Assembly (NCBI GenBank): GCA_964555935.1
Contig: CAZKUN010000002.1
Location: forward strand, 3,775-67,774
DNA from: an uncultured Armatimonadia bacterium
Lineage (GTDB): Bacteria > Armatimonadota > Zipacnadia > Zipacnadales > VGFC01
Reading direction: 5' to 3'
Length of the DNA stretch: 64,000 bases
A program made the translations under genes and the position numbers. Shown piece after piece: positions 27,910 to 37,145 of this stretch. Under the pieces are notes generated by a model, which was not told where the DNA came from, ran no database searches, and worked only from the letters and a program-made list of their open reading frames with translations. Each line of letters starts with the position of its first letter. The stretch's first letter is position 1.

Positions 27910-28880
27910 CCGAGGGCGAGTTCCTCGACCTCGATCCTGGATGGATCGTTGTTGCCAAGGCCCCTTGCGGCGGCGGTGGCGATGTGTTTCGGCTCGCGGC
28001 CGGCCATCTCAAGTGGCGGCAGGCCGACCTCCTCGCGACGCTCGTTCACGATGCGATGAATCTGAGCATCGTTGGCCACGGGGTCAGTCGCGGCGATGAT
28101 GAGGTTCGCGTTCCACGCGCCCATTGGGTTGTAGACCGGGCCGCCCTCGCACGTTGCGCGCGTACCGTCAGTGAGAATAAGACGGCTCTTGTCCTTGATC
28201 GCGGGGACGCTGTAGAGGTCGGCGATGTACGGATCGCAGCCATCCGCGTGGTGCTCGCCGGGGTTGTCGATCGATCCGTAGTGCGCTTTTAGCGCGCCGG
28301 TCACGCCGGCGAGGTTGTGGTCCTTGATAATCGGCAGGTTGATGTAGCCGTCGATCTTCTTCGTGACGATGGACGTGATCCGGCCGGAGAACGAGCCACT
28401 CTCGGTAGGACCATCAAGGTCTGAATCCATCGGCACGCACGGCACGCCCCACGTCGTTCCCGGATCGAGTCCACAGGCGATCAGCTTCGACGCGTCCTGA
28501 TCCCAGATAACCAAGTTCTCCGCCTTCAGCCCAACAGAAGTCAGCCGCTCAACGCAGATGTGGATCAACGCCTGGTGCGTCGACAGCATCGGCCCGCCAA
28601 GACCATTTGGCTTCAGCCCGATCACCTCGTCGGAGGAGAACAGGCCAGACCACGCCTTGGCCGCATCGGCCTCACCGGTGAGAGCCACCACGGCGGCGTC
28701 GACCATCTCCGCGAGGGTCGACTCGACCACATCGCCGCCATCGGTGACAGCGGGGTTCTTCGCGATGACGACGCGGCTTGTCTCGGGGGCGCCTTGGGCG
28801 AACGTCTCCGGCAGCGCGTAGAGCGCCCCGGTGGCGGCGACGGCAGTGCGGATGAACCGACGGCGGGAGCAGCAGTACAT
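27906..28880 (-). CDS. DUF362-domain protein with twin-arginine signal
   Basis: TAT signal SRRRFIRTAVAATGALYA. INLPIIKDHNLAGVTGALKAHYGSIDNPGEHH resembles the DUF362 core. Confidence 0.5.
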   Translation of the reverse strand: MYCCSRRRFIRTAVAATGALYALPETFAQGAPETSRVVIAKNPAVTDGGDVVESTLAEMVDAAVVALTGEADAAKAWSGLFSSDEVIGLKPNGLGGPMLSTHQALIHICVERLTSVGLKAENLVIWDQDASKLIACGLDPGTTWGVPCVPMDSDLDGPTESGSFSGRITSIVTKKIDGYINLPIIKDHNLAGVTGALKAHYGSIDNPGEHHADGCDPYIADLYSVPAIKDKSRLILTDGTRATCEGGPVYNPMGAWNANLIIAATDPVANDAQIHRIVNERREEVGLPPLEMAGREPKHIATAAARGLGNNDPSRIEVEELALG

Positions 28881-29057
28881 GCAAGGCCTCGTAGAAATGG
28901 AAAGTGGTGGCGGTCGGCAATACTAACACCAGAGGCGCGAGGTGGTTCTTCCACGGGCTGGCAGCCCGTGGCACCATTACGTGGGCCGCAGCAGGGAGGA
29001 ACGGCGTCGGGACTGAAGTCCCTCTTGGCAGGGGTGGCTGCCAGAAGGTGGGGTGAG

Positions 29058-29357
29058 ATGAAGACGGTGAGGTTGCCGCCAAGTCCGATGGCCGAAGAAC
29101 CAATACCCAAGAAGCCTCGGCACGCGCGCGCCCGAGCCGCATGCAGGTGGCTAGGGGCGCTTCTGGGCGTGATGACCGTCTTGGTTGTGGTGGTGCCCGT
29201 GATATTCAGCAACCACGGGCGTTTCGCGTGGCATGGCGCGCCGAGGTGGGTTGCCGACGGCGCGGTTGCTATCGCCTACGCCTCGTTGTGGCTGTGGATT
29301 CCCTGCCTGGTGGCGCTGATGATCGCTGCGCGGGTGGCCAGGAAGAAGGCCGGTTGA
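29058..29357 (+). CDS. Small two-TM membrane protein (tentative)
   Basis: An AAGGTGG SD lies 6 nt before the ATG. Hydrophobic helices LGALLGVMTVLVVVVPVIF and AVAIAYASLWLWIPCLVALMIAA. It is the non-overlapping 3' portion of track ORF 28560..29357. Confidence 0.3.
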   Translation: MKTVRLPPSPMAEEPIPKKPRHARARAACRWLGALLGVMTVLVVVVPVIFSNHGRFAWHGAPRWVADGAVAIAYASLWLWIPCLVALMIAARVARKKAG

Positions 29358-29437
29358 GAGGCGGCGCGGGGATGAGGAACTACTGACGACAGCGGAGCGG
29401 CTCGGGAGAGCCGCAGACACGGGACGGCAGAAACGAC

Positions 29438-29469
29438 GGTGGGCATGAGCGGAGTCGCCCATGCCCACC
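29438..29469. terminator. Hairpin GGTGGGCATG-(12 nt)-CATGCCCACC
   Basis: 10-bp stem about 30 nt beyond the argG stop on the minus strand, followed on that strand by TCGTTTCTG. Possibly bidirectional. Confidence 0.45.
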
Positions 29470-29499
29470 TGAAATGCTATGTTGCGCTCGCGGCGCGGC

Positions 29500-30738
29500 T
29501 TACTCGGCCAGGTTCTGGTCGCGCCAGGCGAGGACCTCGAACACGAGGCCGCGGACCTCGGCGGCGTCGGCGCACTTGCGTTGGTCGAAGTGGTAGCCGG
29601 AATCGATGTTTCGCATTGGGTGGAAGAGCGCCCAATCCGAATCGCGGCTAGTGACCGTGATCTGGCCTCGGTCGAGCCTCAACCCGACCGTGCCGTTGAC
29701 CGACCCTTGCGTGTCAGCCACGAAGGCATCAAGCGCGCTGCGGAGCGGGTGGAACCACTCGCCGTGGTAGACCATCTGCGCCCAACGCTGCTCGACCATC
29801 TTCTTGAACAGGACAACGTCTTTGGTGAGCGTGAGTTGCTCGAGGTCCTTGTGGGCCTTCAGAACGATCGCAGCCGCGGGCGCCTCGTAGATCTCGCGAG
29901 ACTTGAGGTTCATGATCCCATCTTCGATCATGTCGATGCGGCCGATCTCGTGCTTGCCGCCGAGGACGTTGAGCGTTGGGATCAGCTCGGATAACGGCAG
30001 CGCCTCGCCGTTGATCGCGGTGGGGAGGCCGGCCTCGAAGGTCAGCGTGATGTTGGAGGCCTCGGTCGCGGCGTTGTCGCCGGACTTGTACCACATCCAG
30101 ACGTGGTCGGGGACTTCCATGTCGAGGCCGATGGCGCCACTGGCGATTGACCGGCACCACATCGTCTTATCATCTCCGCCGCGGATCGCCTCGTTGACAG
30201 GGACGCCCCAGGCCTTGCAGATCTCTTCCTCTTCGCTACGGGAGAGGTCGAAATCACGCACCGGCACCAGCACGCGAACGCCCGGCGCGAAGAGCGTGAA
30301 GACATTGTGCATGCGGTACTGATCGTTGCCCTTGCCCGTCGAGCCCTCGACCAGCGCGTCGCAGCCGTGCTCGGCAGCGATCTCCGCGACCTTCTTGGCG
30401 ATGAGCTGGCGCGTCATCGACGTGGAGACGGGGTAACCGAGGTAGTCGGAGTTGGCATGAATCGCCTTGGCCATCCACTGCTCGGTGAACTCGGCCCGGG
30501 CATCTACGTGGATCGGCTCGATGCCGAGAGCCTTGGCCTTCTCGTTGCCCTCGTCGATCTCATCCTGCCCCTGCCCGACATCGACGGTGATCGCGACGAT
30601 GTCGTTTGTTCCGTACTTCCGGCGGAGCAACTCGACGCAGAGGGCTGAGTCCAGCCCCCCTGAGTAGGCGAGTGCTGCCTTCTTGACCGGCTCGACGTCT
30701 GTGGTCTCGATCTTGTTGAGAGCTGCTTCGGTTGCCAC
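29500..30738 (-). CDS. argG: Argininosuccinate synthase
   Basis: PP-loop AYSGGLDSALCV, with ArgG-length (412 aa) conservation throughout. Confidence 0.85.
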   Translation of the reverse strand: MATEAALNKIETTDVEPVKKAALAYSGGLDSALCVELLRRKYGTNDIVAITVDVGQGQDEIDEGNEKAKALGIEPIHVDARAEFTEQWMAKAIHANSDYLGYPVSTSMTRQLIAKKVAEIAAEHGCDALVEGSTGKGNDQYRMHNVFTLFAPGVRVLVPVRDFDLSRSEEEEICKAWGVPVNEAIRGGDDKTMWCRSIASGAIGLDMEVPDHVWMWYKSGDNAATEASNITLTFEAGLPTAINGEALPLSELIPTLNVLGGKHEIGRIDMIEDGIMNLKSREIYEAPAAAIVLKAHKDLEQLTLTKDVVLFKKMVEQRWAQMVYHGEWFHPLRSALDAFVADTQGSVNGTVGLRLDRGQITVTSRDSDWALFHPMRNIDSGYHFDQRKCADAAEVRGLVFEVLAWRDQNLAE

Positions 30739-30803
30739 TTTGCATCACTCCATCATCCGTGTTCGACGGGCCTCAAGCCCGTCGCTGCGTGGGCGTAGTC
30801 TGC

Positions 30804-32075
30804 TCAGGCGGTGGGTAATGATACGATCTGCCGGGTTTCCTCTGGATGCTCGGCGATGAACCGCATCTCATCGGGAGTGAGCGGCAACTGGTTGTGCCCG
30901 TTGACGGCCATGATCAGCTCGAGCATGTCCTGGTCGTCGATGTCATGCGTGATGCCATGCATCTCGCAGACGTGGTTCATCCCGGCGCGCCCGCCGTACT
31001 CGCCGGTGGTGATGACGCGGGCGGTGGGGATGACCTCGTGGTCCTCATCCTCGCCTCGGCCGAGTTCCTCTGGGGAATACAGCTCGTAGTTGTGGCGGTC
31101 TTTCAGCACGCCGTCGGCGTGGATGCCGGATTCGTGAGCGAAGGCGTTGGCGCCGACGCCGACCTGGTTGATGGGGATCGGCACGCCGAAGACATCGGCG
31201 ACGTAGTTGCAGATCTTCCAGGCGTGGGTGAGGTCGAGGGCCGGGTCCATGTGGACGTGATCGCGCAAGCCGCGGGACTTGGTCAGCGCGAGCATGGTGG
31301 TGACGAGGTCGGCGTTGCCGGCCCGCTCGCCCATCCCGTTGACGGTGACGTTGATGTAGGCGTCAACGCCAGCGTCGAGCGCTCCGAGAGCGCCTTCGAC
31401 GGAGTTGGCGACGGCGTGGCCGAGATCGTTGTGACAGTGCAGCTCGATGGGGAGCTGGACGGCCTCGGCCATGTGCTTGGCGCTGTCGTAGATGGTATGC
31501 ACGCGGTCGTAGCCGAGGGTATCGCAGTAACGGATGCGATCCGCGCCATGCTCTTTGGCGGCTTGGGCAAAGCGGATGAGGTAGTCTTCGTCCGGCTTCA
31601 TGTCGGTGCGCGAGGCGTCCTCGGCGTTGACGCCGATGGTCTCAATGCCGCCGGCCTTTGCCGCGTCCACCGCGTCGGTCATCATGTGGATGATGTCCTG
31701 GCGGTCCATGCGGCCCTGGAACTTGCCCTCGGTCATGATCCTGGAGGTCGAGACCGAAATGTTGAGGTGTTTGATGTTCGTCTGGGCGATGGCTCTTTCG
31801 ACGAGGTCGGCCTTGGCCGGGGCCCAGCCGGCAATGATCATGTCGCCGAAAACGCCTCGCTCGGCGAGGGCGACGTTGGCGTCGAGGTAGTTGATCTCGT
31901 GCTTGTAGGTGGGGAAGCCCGCCTCGGATTGGTGGATCCCCATCCCGCTGAGGTACCAGTTGACCATGGTCTTCTGGAATTTGGACAGGCTGATGCGCGA
32001 CGTCTGGACTGCGTCGCGGTTCGTGACATCAAGCAAGTAGATCGTTGGTGTTCCGGTCTCCGTCGGGTTCGGCAT
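30804..32075 (-). CDS. LeuA/NifV-family synthase (2-isopropylmalate/homocitrate/citramalate synthase-like, HMGL-like fold)
   Basis: LHCHNDLGHAVANS and ESGIHADG motifs. Start set at the ATG at 32075 with a GGAGG SD (the ORF track starts at 32093). Confidence 0.7.
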   Translation of the reverse strand: MPNPTETGTPTIYLLDVTNRDAVQTSRISLSKFQKTMVNWYLSGMGIHQSEAGFPTYKHEINYLDANVALAERGVFGDMIIAGWAPAKADLVERAIAQTNIKHLNISVSTSRIMTEGKFQGRMDRQDIIHMMTDAVDAAKAGGIETIGVNAEDASRTDMKPDEDYLIRFAQAAKEHGADRIRYCDTLGYDRVHTIYDSAKHMAEAVQLPIELHCHNDLGHAVANSVEGALGALDAGVDAYINVTVNGMGERAGNADLVTTMLALTKSRGLRDHVHMDPALDLTHAWKICNYVADVFGVPIPINQVGVGANAFAHESGIHADGVLKDRHNYELYSPEELGRGEDEDHEVIPTARVITTGEYGGRAGMNHVCEMHGITHDIDDQDMLELIMAVNGHNQLPLTPDEMRFIAEHPEETRQIVSLPTA

Positions 32076-32149
32076 GTGTGCAATTGCCTCCACTAGGTTA
32101 AGGAGCGGCTGGCTAGCGCGCGGGCGACAGGCGAGACGCCTGTCCTACG

Positions 32150-34204
32150 TCAGTCGGCACTCGCGCGCATGTGGCGCGTGGCCGCGTCGTACTGGCCTCG
32201 CTCCCAGAACGCTCTCGCGTCTGCAAGCTTCTCGGCACGGGCCTCATCGCCCGCGTCGGTTTCGGCGGAAATGTTGTGGCTGAATGCTAGGTGGATCCGC
32301 CGCTCAAGCGCCCATCTGCGGCCCTCCAGACTACTCGAAATCGGCATTTCAGTCAAGATCCCACCGAGGGCGCGGGCGACCTGCTCGTGCCCCTGAACCG
32401 TCGCCTCAAGAAGCGGAACATATGCCTGCGTCACGCTCCCCCAGTCCAACGGGATCAGCGCATCCACTGGGCTATACGCGTCGTCGGGCTTGTAGGTGCG
32501 CTCGAAGCTGCCATCGGCGCCATCGTCGAACTGCCAGGTGTCAAAGTAGCCATCACCGTCCGTATCGGAGTGCTGGACGATGCGATCGGGCCTGCCATCA
32601 GCGTCGTCATCGGCCCAAAGCGTCCCGCTCTCGGCTCCGAACAGGTGCAGGCGCCCGTCGACGGGCGATGCGTAGAGCATCATCTTGCCGCTGTTGTCAG
32701 CATCGTGCTCGTAGCGTTTGTTCAGCGTGCCGCAGTGCGGGCCGCCGACCTGAGGGAACGCCCCGTAGCGGGCGTTGAGGATGCCCTCCCAGCGCTCGTG
32801 CCTGGTGCGGTCATTGGGGTCGATGTTGAGGTCGTTCTCATCCCAGACGAGGCAGCTCTGAGTCCAAGGAAGGTCGCGCACGACGTCTCGGGCGGTGTCC
32901 CAGGGCAAGTAAGGACCCGTCTCCCCTACTCTAAGCGCCGATGTGACGAGATCCGCCTCCGCGAATTCGATGGGACCGAGGGCGGTGATCCCCATATCGT
33001 AGTCGTAGGGCTGCCCCTCGGCAACATCGTTGTCGGCGTTGAGGCTGTAGCGGAGGGCTCTCATGCGGCGGCCGTGTCCCTCGAGACGGACGGCGACCTC
33101 AGCGAGGCCATCGTCATCGGGATCGTAGAAATAGAACGGGCATTCCCAGTCCGCGACCCACTCGTCGGAGCGCTTGTCGTGGCGGAAGATGCTAAACCCT
33201 TCGTCGCCGCCGAAGTCGCACTTCCACTGGCACTTGCCCTGGTGGTAACTGTAGCGATCGAGCACCCAAGTCTGGTTGTTGTCGTTGTAGTCCCAGATGA
33301 CGACGAGCCCCGGGGTCGAGCCGAACCAACCGTGGTGGACGTAGTAGTGGTGCGCGCGGTCGACATCACCGTCGCCATCGTCGTCCCAGTAGTCGATGAC
33401 GCGATCGGGGCTGCCGTCGCGGTCGACATCCGCGACCCAGCAGTCGCTGTCCTCGTCGGCATCGGGCGCGGCGCCGGCGTCGTCGTCGTCATCTATCACG
33501 CAAACCAAGACGCCCGCGTCATTGAGGACAATGAGATCAGCGTCGCCATCGCCGTCGGTGTCGAGCCAACGGCGATCGCCTTCCTCCAACGCCTTCGCGC
33601 GAGCGAGCATGTCCTCGTCGAGGAAGACGTGCTCGAGGGCTTCATCGATGCCCAGCAAATGGAGGTCGCCGACCTTGCGCTCCTCGCGGGTCGCGAGCCA
33701 GGCCTTCTTGAGCGGGGAGTCGGCGTCGGGCTCGGGTGCATCGTAGGCGGCGACCTCGACGACATGGTAGCTGCCAGCAGAGAGGCTTGTGCGGGTGAAG
33801 ACGAGGCGAATCGCGGAACACTCAACGGGATCGAAGGTTAGCGTGACCCATCCGGAGGCAGTCTCGCTCTCGGCCAGGCGGGTCCAGCCATCCGGCGCGA
33901 GGCCCTCGAGACGGAAGTCGTAGCTGCGCGGATCGACATCGAGGAGGAGCACGTCGACCTTGTTGATCCCGGCTGACTCGGCGAGGGTCATGACGAGAGG
34001 GTCCTTCAGCCAGCCCCACGCGTAGCCGTGGCTCTGCCCGTAGTCGGCGACATCGCCATCGGTCGCCGCGAGCGGCTTCCCGCGACTGCCGGAGGCGTTG
34101 GTGACGCCGGTGACGGAGGCGTTGAGGGCCAGGTTTGGCGCGTCCGCGTGAGCCGCGGAGACAGTCAACAACAGGAGGGCGACTGACCAAGGGCGTCTAT
34201 TCAT
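32150..34204 (-). CDS. Secreted Asp-rich Ca-binding repeat protein (DxDGDG loops), N-terminal discoidin-like region
   Basis: Signal peptide MNRRPWSVALLLLTVSAAHA. At least six DxDxDGxxD loops (DTDGDGDADL, DVDRDGSPDRV, DDDGDGDVDR, DADGRPDRI, DTDGDGYFDT). 684 aa. Confidence 0.65.
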   Translation of the reverse strand: MNRRPWSVALLLLTVSAAHADAPNLALNASVTGVTNASGSRGKPLAATDGDVADYGQSHGYAWGWLKDPLVMTLAESAGINKVDVLLLDVDPRSYDFRLEGLAPDGWTRLAESETASGWVTLTFDPVECSAIRLVFTRTSLSAGSYHVVEVAAYDAPEPDADSPLKKAWLATREERKVGDLHLLGIDEALEHVFLDEDMLARAKALEEGDRRWLDTDGDGDADLIVLNDAGVLVCVIDDDDDAGAAPDADEDSDCWVADVDRDGSPDRVIDYWDDDGDGDVDRAHHYYVHHGWFGSTPGLVVIWDYNDNNQTWVLDRYSYHQGKCQWKCDFGGDEGFSIFRHDKRSDEWVADWECPFYFYDPDDDGLAEVAVRLEGHGRRMRALRYSLNADNDVAEGQPYDYDMGITALGPIEFAEADLVTSALRVGETGPYLPWDTARDVVRDLPWTQSCLVWDENDLNIDPNDRTRHERWEGILNARYGAFPQVGGPHCGTLNKRYEHDADNSGKMMLYASPVDGRLHLFGAESGTLWADDDADGRPDRIVQHSDTDGDGYFDTWQFDDGADGSFERTYKPDDAYSPVDALIPLDWGSVTQAYVPLLEATVQGHEQVARALGGILTEMPISSSLEGRRWALERRIHLAFSHNISAETDAGDEARAEKLADARAFWERGQYDAATRHMRASAD

Positions 34205-35732
34205 CCGCCACCGCCTTGAGTCTGATTTCGGTCGCCAAGCCCTCGACGACCGTCACGTTCTCGACCGTCTGCGCGTGGAAGCCCTGAGCCTGGGCGGTGA
34301 GAGTGTAGGCACCCAGTTCTTCCCACCCACTGGAGCGGAGGACGCCCTCGGTGAGTTCGAGATGGACCTTGCCGTCCGAGCCCGTAGCGTCGGTGACCTC
34401 ATCAGCTCCTGAGACGGCCTTCACGACCGCTCGGTGGATGGGTTCGCCGGTCTCGTCGTTGACGACCGTGACGACAGCGGCGCGCTTGTAGACCACGCGG
34501 CAGTGCTCGTCGTTGGCGTCTTCGAAGAGGACCTCATCGCGGCGGATGCCCTCGCAATCGACCAGCGTGCACTGGGCGTTGTGCGTCATCTTCAGATCGT
34601 ACTCGCCGTATTGCCGGACTGGATCGATCAGCTTGCAGCGCCTGAGCGTGCAGTTGCCCCAGTGCCAGACGTTAAGCGGGCCCGTGCCGGTGAACTCGCA
34701 GTCCTCGTAGACGGTCTCAACAGAACTGCTGTGGGTGAGCGCGTAGCCCGTTCCGTCGGTGATGTCGCAATTCTCGTAGCGGTTGCCGCGCGTGCCGACG
34801 GTGATGTAGAGCTGAGACCAGCCGGCACCGGAGATGCGGTTGTTGCGACAGATGTTGCGCTCGTTCTCGTATCCGGTAAAGTTGATCGCGTCGCAGGCGT
34901 TGCGGAGCGTGTTGTCGGCGATGAGGTTCTCCTGGCACCCGCCGCCCATGGAGATCAGGAGATAGGCGCAGCCCTCAATGCGATTCGCGGAGATGATGTT
35001 GCGGCTGGAGTAGGCGCCGCGTATCCCGAAACCATGGAGCTTCATGTGGTCGCCGGCGATGCCACGGATGGTGTTGCCGCCAATGGCGTTGTAGTCGGCG
35101 CCGTTCAGCGAGACTCCGAACTCGCTGCAAGCTTCGATGCGGTTGTCCCGGAGCTGGCACTCGGAGGCGTCTTGTAGCCAGATGCCGCCGGACTCGGTGG
35201 GTTCGTCGCCGCTGTCTTCGGACCAGAGCGTGCCGCAGTCGTGAATGCGGTTGTCGGTGATTCGCGCTTTGGAGCCGCCGTCGATGCGGACGCCGGCGAG
35301 GCTGCAGCTAGCGATGTCGCAATCGACGACTGAGTGCTCGGCCGAAGCGTCGCGGAGCGTGACGCCGTTGGTCGCGCCGCGAATCACGCAGCCAACAAGC
35401 GCGAACTGGCGCGACGATTCGGCCACCACGCCGCCCCACTGCCCGGGGTGATCCCAGTCCGGCTCGCCTGGAACGCGGCCGAAGGTGATGGGCTCGTCAT
35501 CGGTGCCACGGGCGTCGAGGGCGCCCTCAACGAGGAGTTGGGCGTCTTCGGCGAACTCGACGACCGTGCCGGGCTCGATGGTTAGCGTGGCATCGGGAGC
35601 GACGGTAACCGATTCGCCGACGAGGACGCGCCCGGTCCAGGTGGTGTCTTCGGTGATTGGGTCAGCGACCTGCGCCTGCGCGAATGCCGTCGGTGCGATC
35701 AGGACGACCGCAGGGAGGATTGCCCGCGCCAT
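34197..35732 (-). CDS. Secreted right-handed parallel beta-helix repeat protein with C-terminal carboxypeptidase-regulatory-like domain
   Basis: Start at MARAILPAVVLIAPTAFAQA (signal peptide). The ORF track extends upstream through a junk-like Ser/Pro-rich region. NRI/IxxN beta-helix repeats. The stop overlaps the downstream gene start. Confidence 0.65.
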   Translation of the reverse strand: MARAILPAVVLIAPTAFAQAQVADPITEDTTWTGRVLVGESVTVAPDATLTIEPGTVVEFAEDAQLLVEGALDARGTDDEPITFGRVPGEPDWDHPGQWGGVVAESSRQFALVGCVIRGATNGVTLRDASAEHSVVDCDIASCSLAGVRIDGGSKARITDNRIHDCGTLWSEDSGDEPTESGGIWLQDASECQLRDNRIEACSEFGVSLNGADYNAIGGNTIRGIAGDHMKLHGFGIRGAYSSRNIISANRIEGCAYLLISMGGGCQENLIADNTLRNACDAINFTGYENERNICRNNRISGAGWSQLYITVGTRGNRYENCDITDGTGYALTHSSSVETVYEDCEFTGTGPLNVWHWGNCTLRRCKLIDPVRQYGEYDLKMTHNAQCTLVDCEGIRRDEVLFEDANDEHCRVVYKRAAVVTVVNDETGEPIHRAVVKAVSGADEVTDATGSDGKVHLELTEGVLRSSGWEELGAYTLTAQAQGFHAQTVENVTVVEGLATEIRLKAVADE

Positions 35733-35814
35733 GAAGCGACGACAGGCGGCAACGCCGATGCGGACGAGGGCGTCCGCGCTCCAGTGACCAACGGCATCGC
35801 GGCTGAAGCCGCTC

Positions 35815-37089
35815 TTACAAGGGTCTGGCATAGACGCTCTCCGCTTGCGGGGCATGAGGGTCGTGGAGCAAGATGCCGTCCGAGCCGAAGCTGGCGGTTG
35901 CGACGGGCGCGCGGCCGGCGTCGAAGTGGCTCTGGTTGCGGGCGATGACGGCGCGGACGGCATCGACGACGGCGACGGGTCCGCGCTGGCTCTTGGCGTC
36001 GGGATAGGTGCCGTCGAGATCGACGGCGGGCGTCCCGTTCTTGACCCGCAGCACGCGTTCGATGCAGTCGATGAGGCTGTCTTTGCCGTAGCCGAGCGAG
36101 GCCAGCGATCCATCCGGGCGCGCGACTTGGCGGAAGAAGTGGGTGTTGGTCGTGCGGCTACCCTTGGTCTCGATCCAGTACCTCAGGCCGCGATACTGCG
36201 AATCGCTCTCGACCTTGCCGAGCGTCCCGACCAGATGGCTTTCCTGATTGACCGGGCCCTCGAAATCGGCGGGCGTGAGCCAGTTGTTCTCGTAGATGAT
36301 CGTCAGCCCGCACTTGTGGGTGATCGTGGCTTGCACGGCGTCGAAGGCGTCCTTGCCGAACTCGCTGCGCAAGCGCATCTTCTGCCCCACCGCATAGGCA
36401 GCGAGGGGTTCGAGATCGAGGTAGTGCATGAAAAGATCGACCCAGTGGATACCGACATAAGTGAATGGATCGCTGTCTTCGACCCACTTGAAGATATCGG
36501 TGCTGACCTCAAGCGGCTCCTCGAGGACGCCGCGAGCATAGATCGGCTGCCCCATCTCAGCGAGGAGTTCGCCGAAGATCTTCTTGTGATCGGGGTCGTA
36601 GCGCTTGTGCATGTCAACGCCGACGATGAGGTTGCTGCTCTCGGCGAGCGCGATGATCTCGTCGGCTTCGCTCGTGCAGAGGCAGAGCGGCTTCTCGGCG
36701 ACGATGTGGGTGCCGTTCCTCAGCGCGGACATGATGGGCGCGGTGTGAAGGTGGTCCGGCGTGGCGACGACGAGGATGTCGAGGTCTGGGTGGTCAGCCA
36801 TGATGCTGTCCCACGGCGTATCGCCAAAGTACGCGCCCGGCCGCTTGCCCGTCTCGCGCTCGTTGTCAGCCAGACCGCGCTGGGCGGAGGCTTCGGAGCG
36901 GGTCCCGATACCCACCAGGTCAAACTCGACGTCGACGTACTCGCGCGCGCGGTCGTCGAGCCCAATTCTGTCGAGGTACGGCGAGATGCCGTTGCGCTGC
37001 AGGTCCCACAGCGTGCCTGCCACCACGTCGCTGCCGAACATCCCGTAGCCAACAAGACCGACTTTGACTGTCTGCATGGTTCTCATCAT
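35815..37089 (-). CDS. Gfo/Idh/MocA family oxidoreductase
   Basis: VKVGLVGYGMFGSD Rossmann segment and EKPL motif. Start at MMRTMQ (37089). Confidence 0.75.
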   Translation of the reverse strand: MMRTMQTVKVGLVGYGMFGSDVVAGTLWDLQRNGISPYLDRIGLDDRAREYVDVEFDLVGIGTRSEASAQRGLADNERETGKRPGAYFGDTPWDSIMADHPDLDILVVATPDHLHTAPIMSALRNGTHIVAEKPLCLCTSEADEIIALAESSNLIVGVDMHKRYDPDHKKIFGELLAEMGQPIYARGVLEEPLEVSTDIFKWVEDSDPFTYVGIHWVDLFMHYLDLEPLAAYAVGQKMRLRSEFGKDAFDAVQATITHKCGLTIIYENNWLTPADFEGPVNQESHLVGTLGKVESDSQYRGLRYWIETKGSRTTNTHFFRQVARPDGSLASLGYGKDSLIDCIERVLRVKNGTPAVDLDGTYPDAKSQRGPVAVVDAVRAVIARNQSHFDAGRAPVATASFGSDGILLHDPHAPQAESVYARPL

Positions 37090-37145
37090 CCTTGAGTGTT
37101 GGTGCTCTGCGTTGCGAGGGCGACGACCGACGGGCCAGCAGGTTA

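Noticed and set aside
28560-29057. 5' part of track ORF 28560..29357
   Set aside because: Antisense to the DUF362 gene. Only the last 99 codons (29058..29357), which have their own SD, were kept as a tentative small membrane protein.
30762-30780. Hairpin GACGGGC-CTCAA-GCCCGTC between argG and the LeuA-like gene
   Set aside because: Short 7-bp stem with no U-tract on either strand. Too weak to call as a terminator.
30846-32096. 416-aa + strand ORF
   Set aside because: Antisense to the LeuA-family gene, which has clear HMGL motifs.
32291-33841. 516-aa + strand ORF and the Ser/Thr-rich minus-frame ORFs 33061..33825
   Set aside because: Antisense or alternate frames of the Asp-rich repeat protein. 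The GAC-rich DNA reads as Val/Ser/Thr runs in other frames.
35845-37095. 416-aa + strand ORF
   Set aside because: Antisense to the Gfo/Idh/MocA gene 35815..37089.
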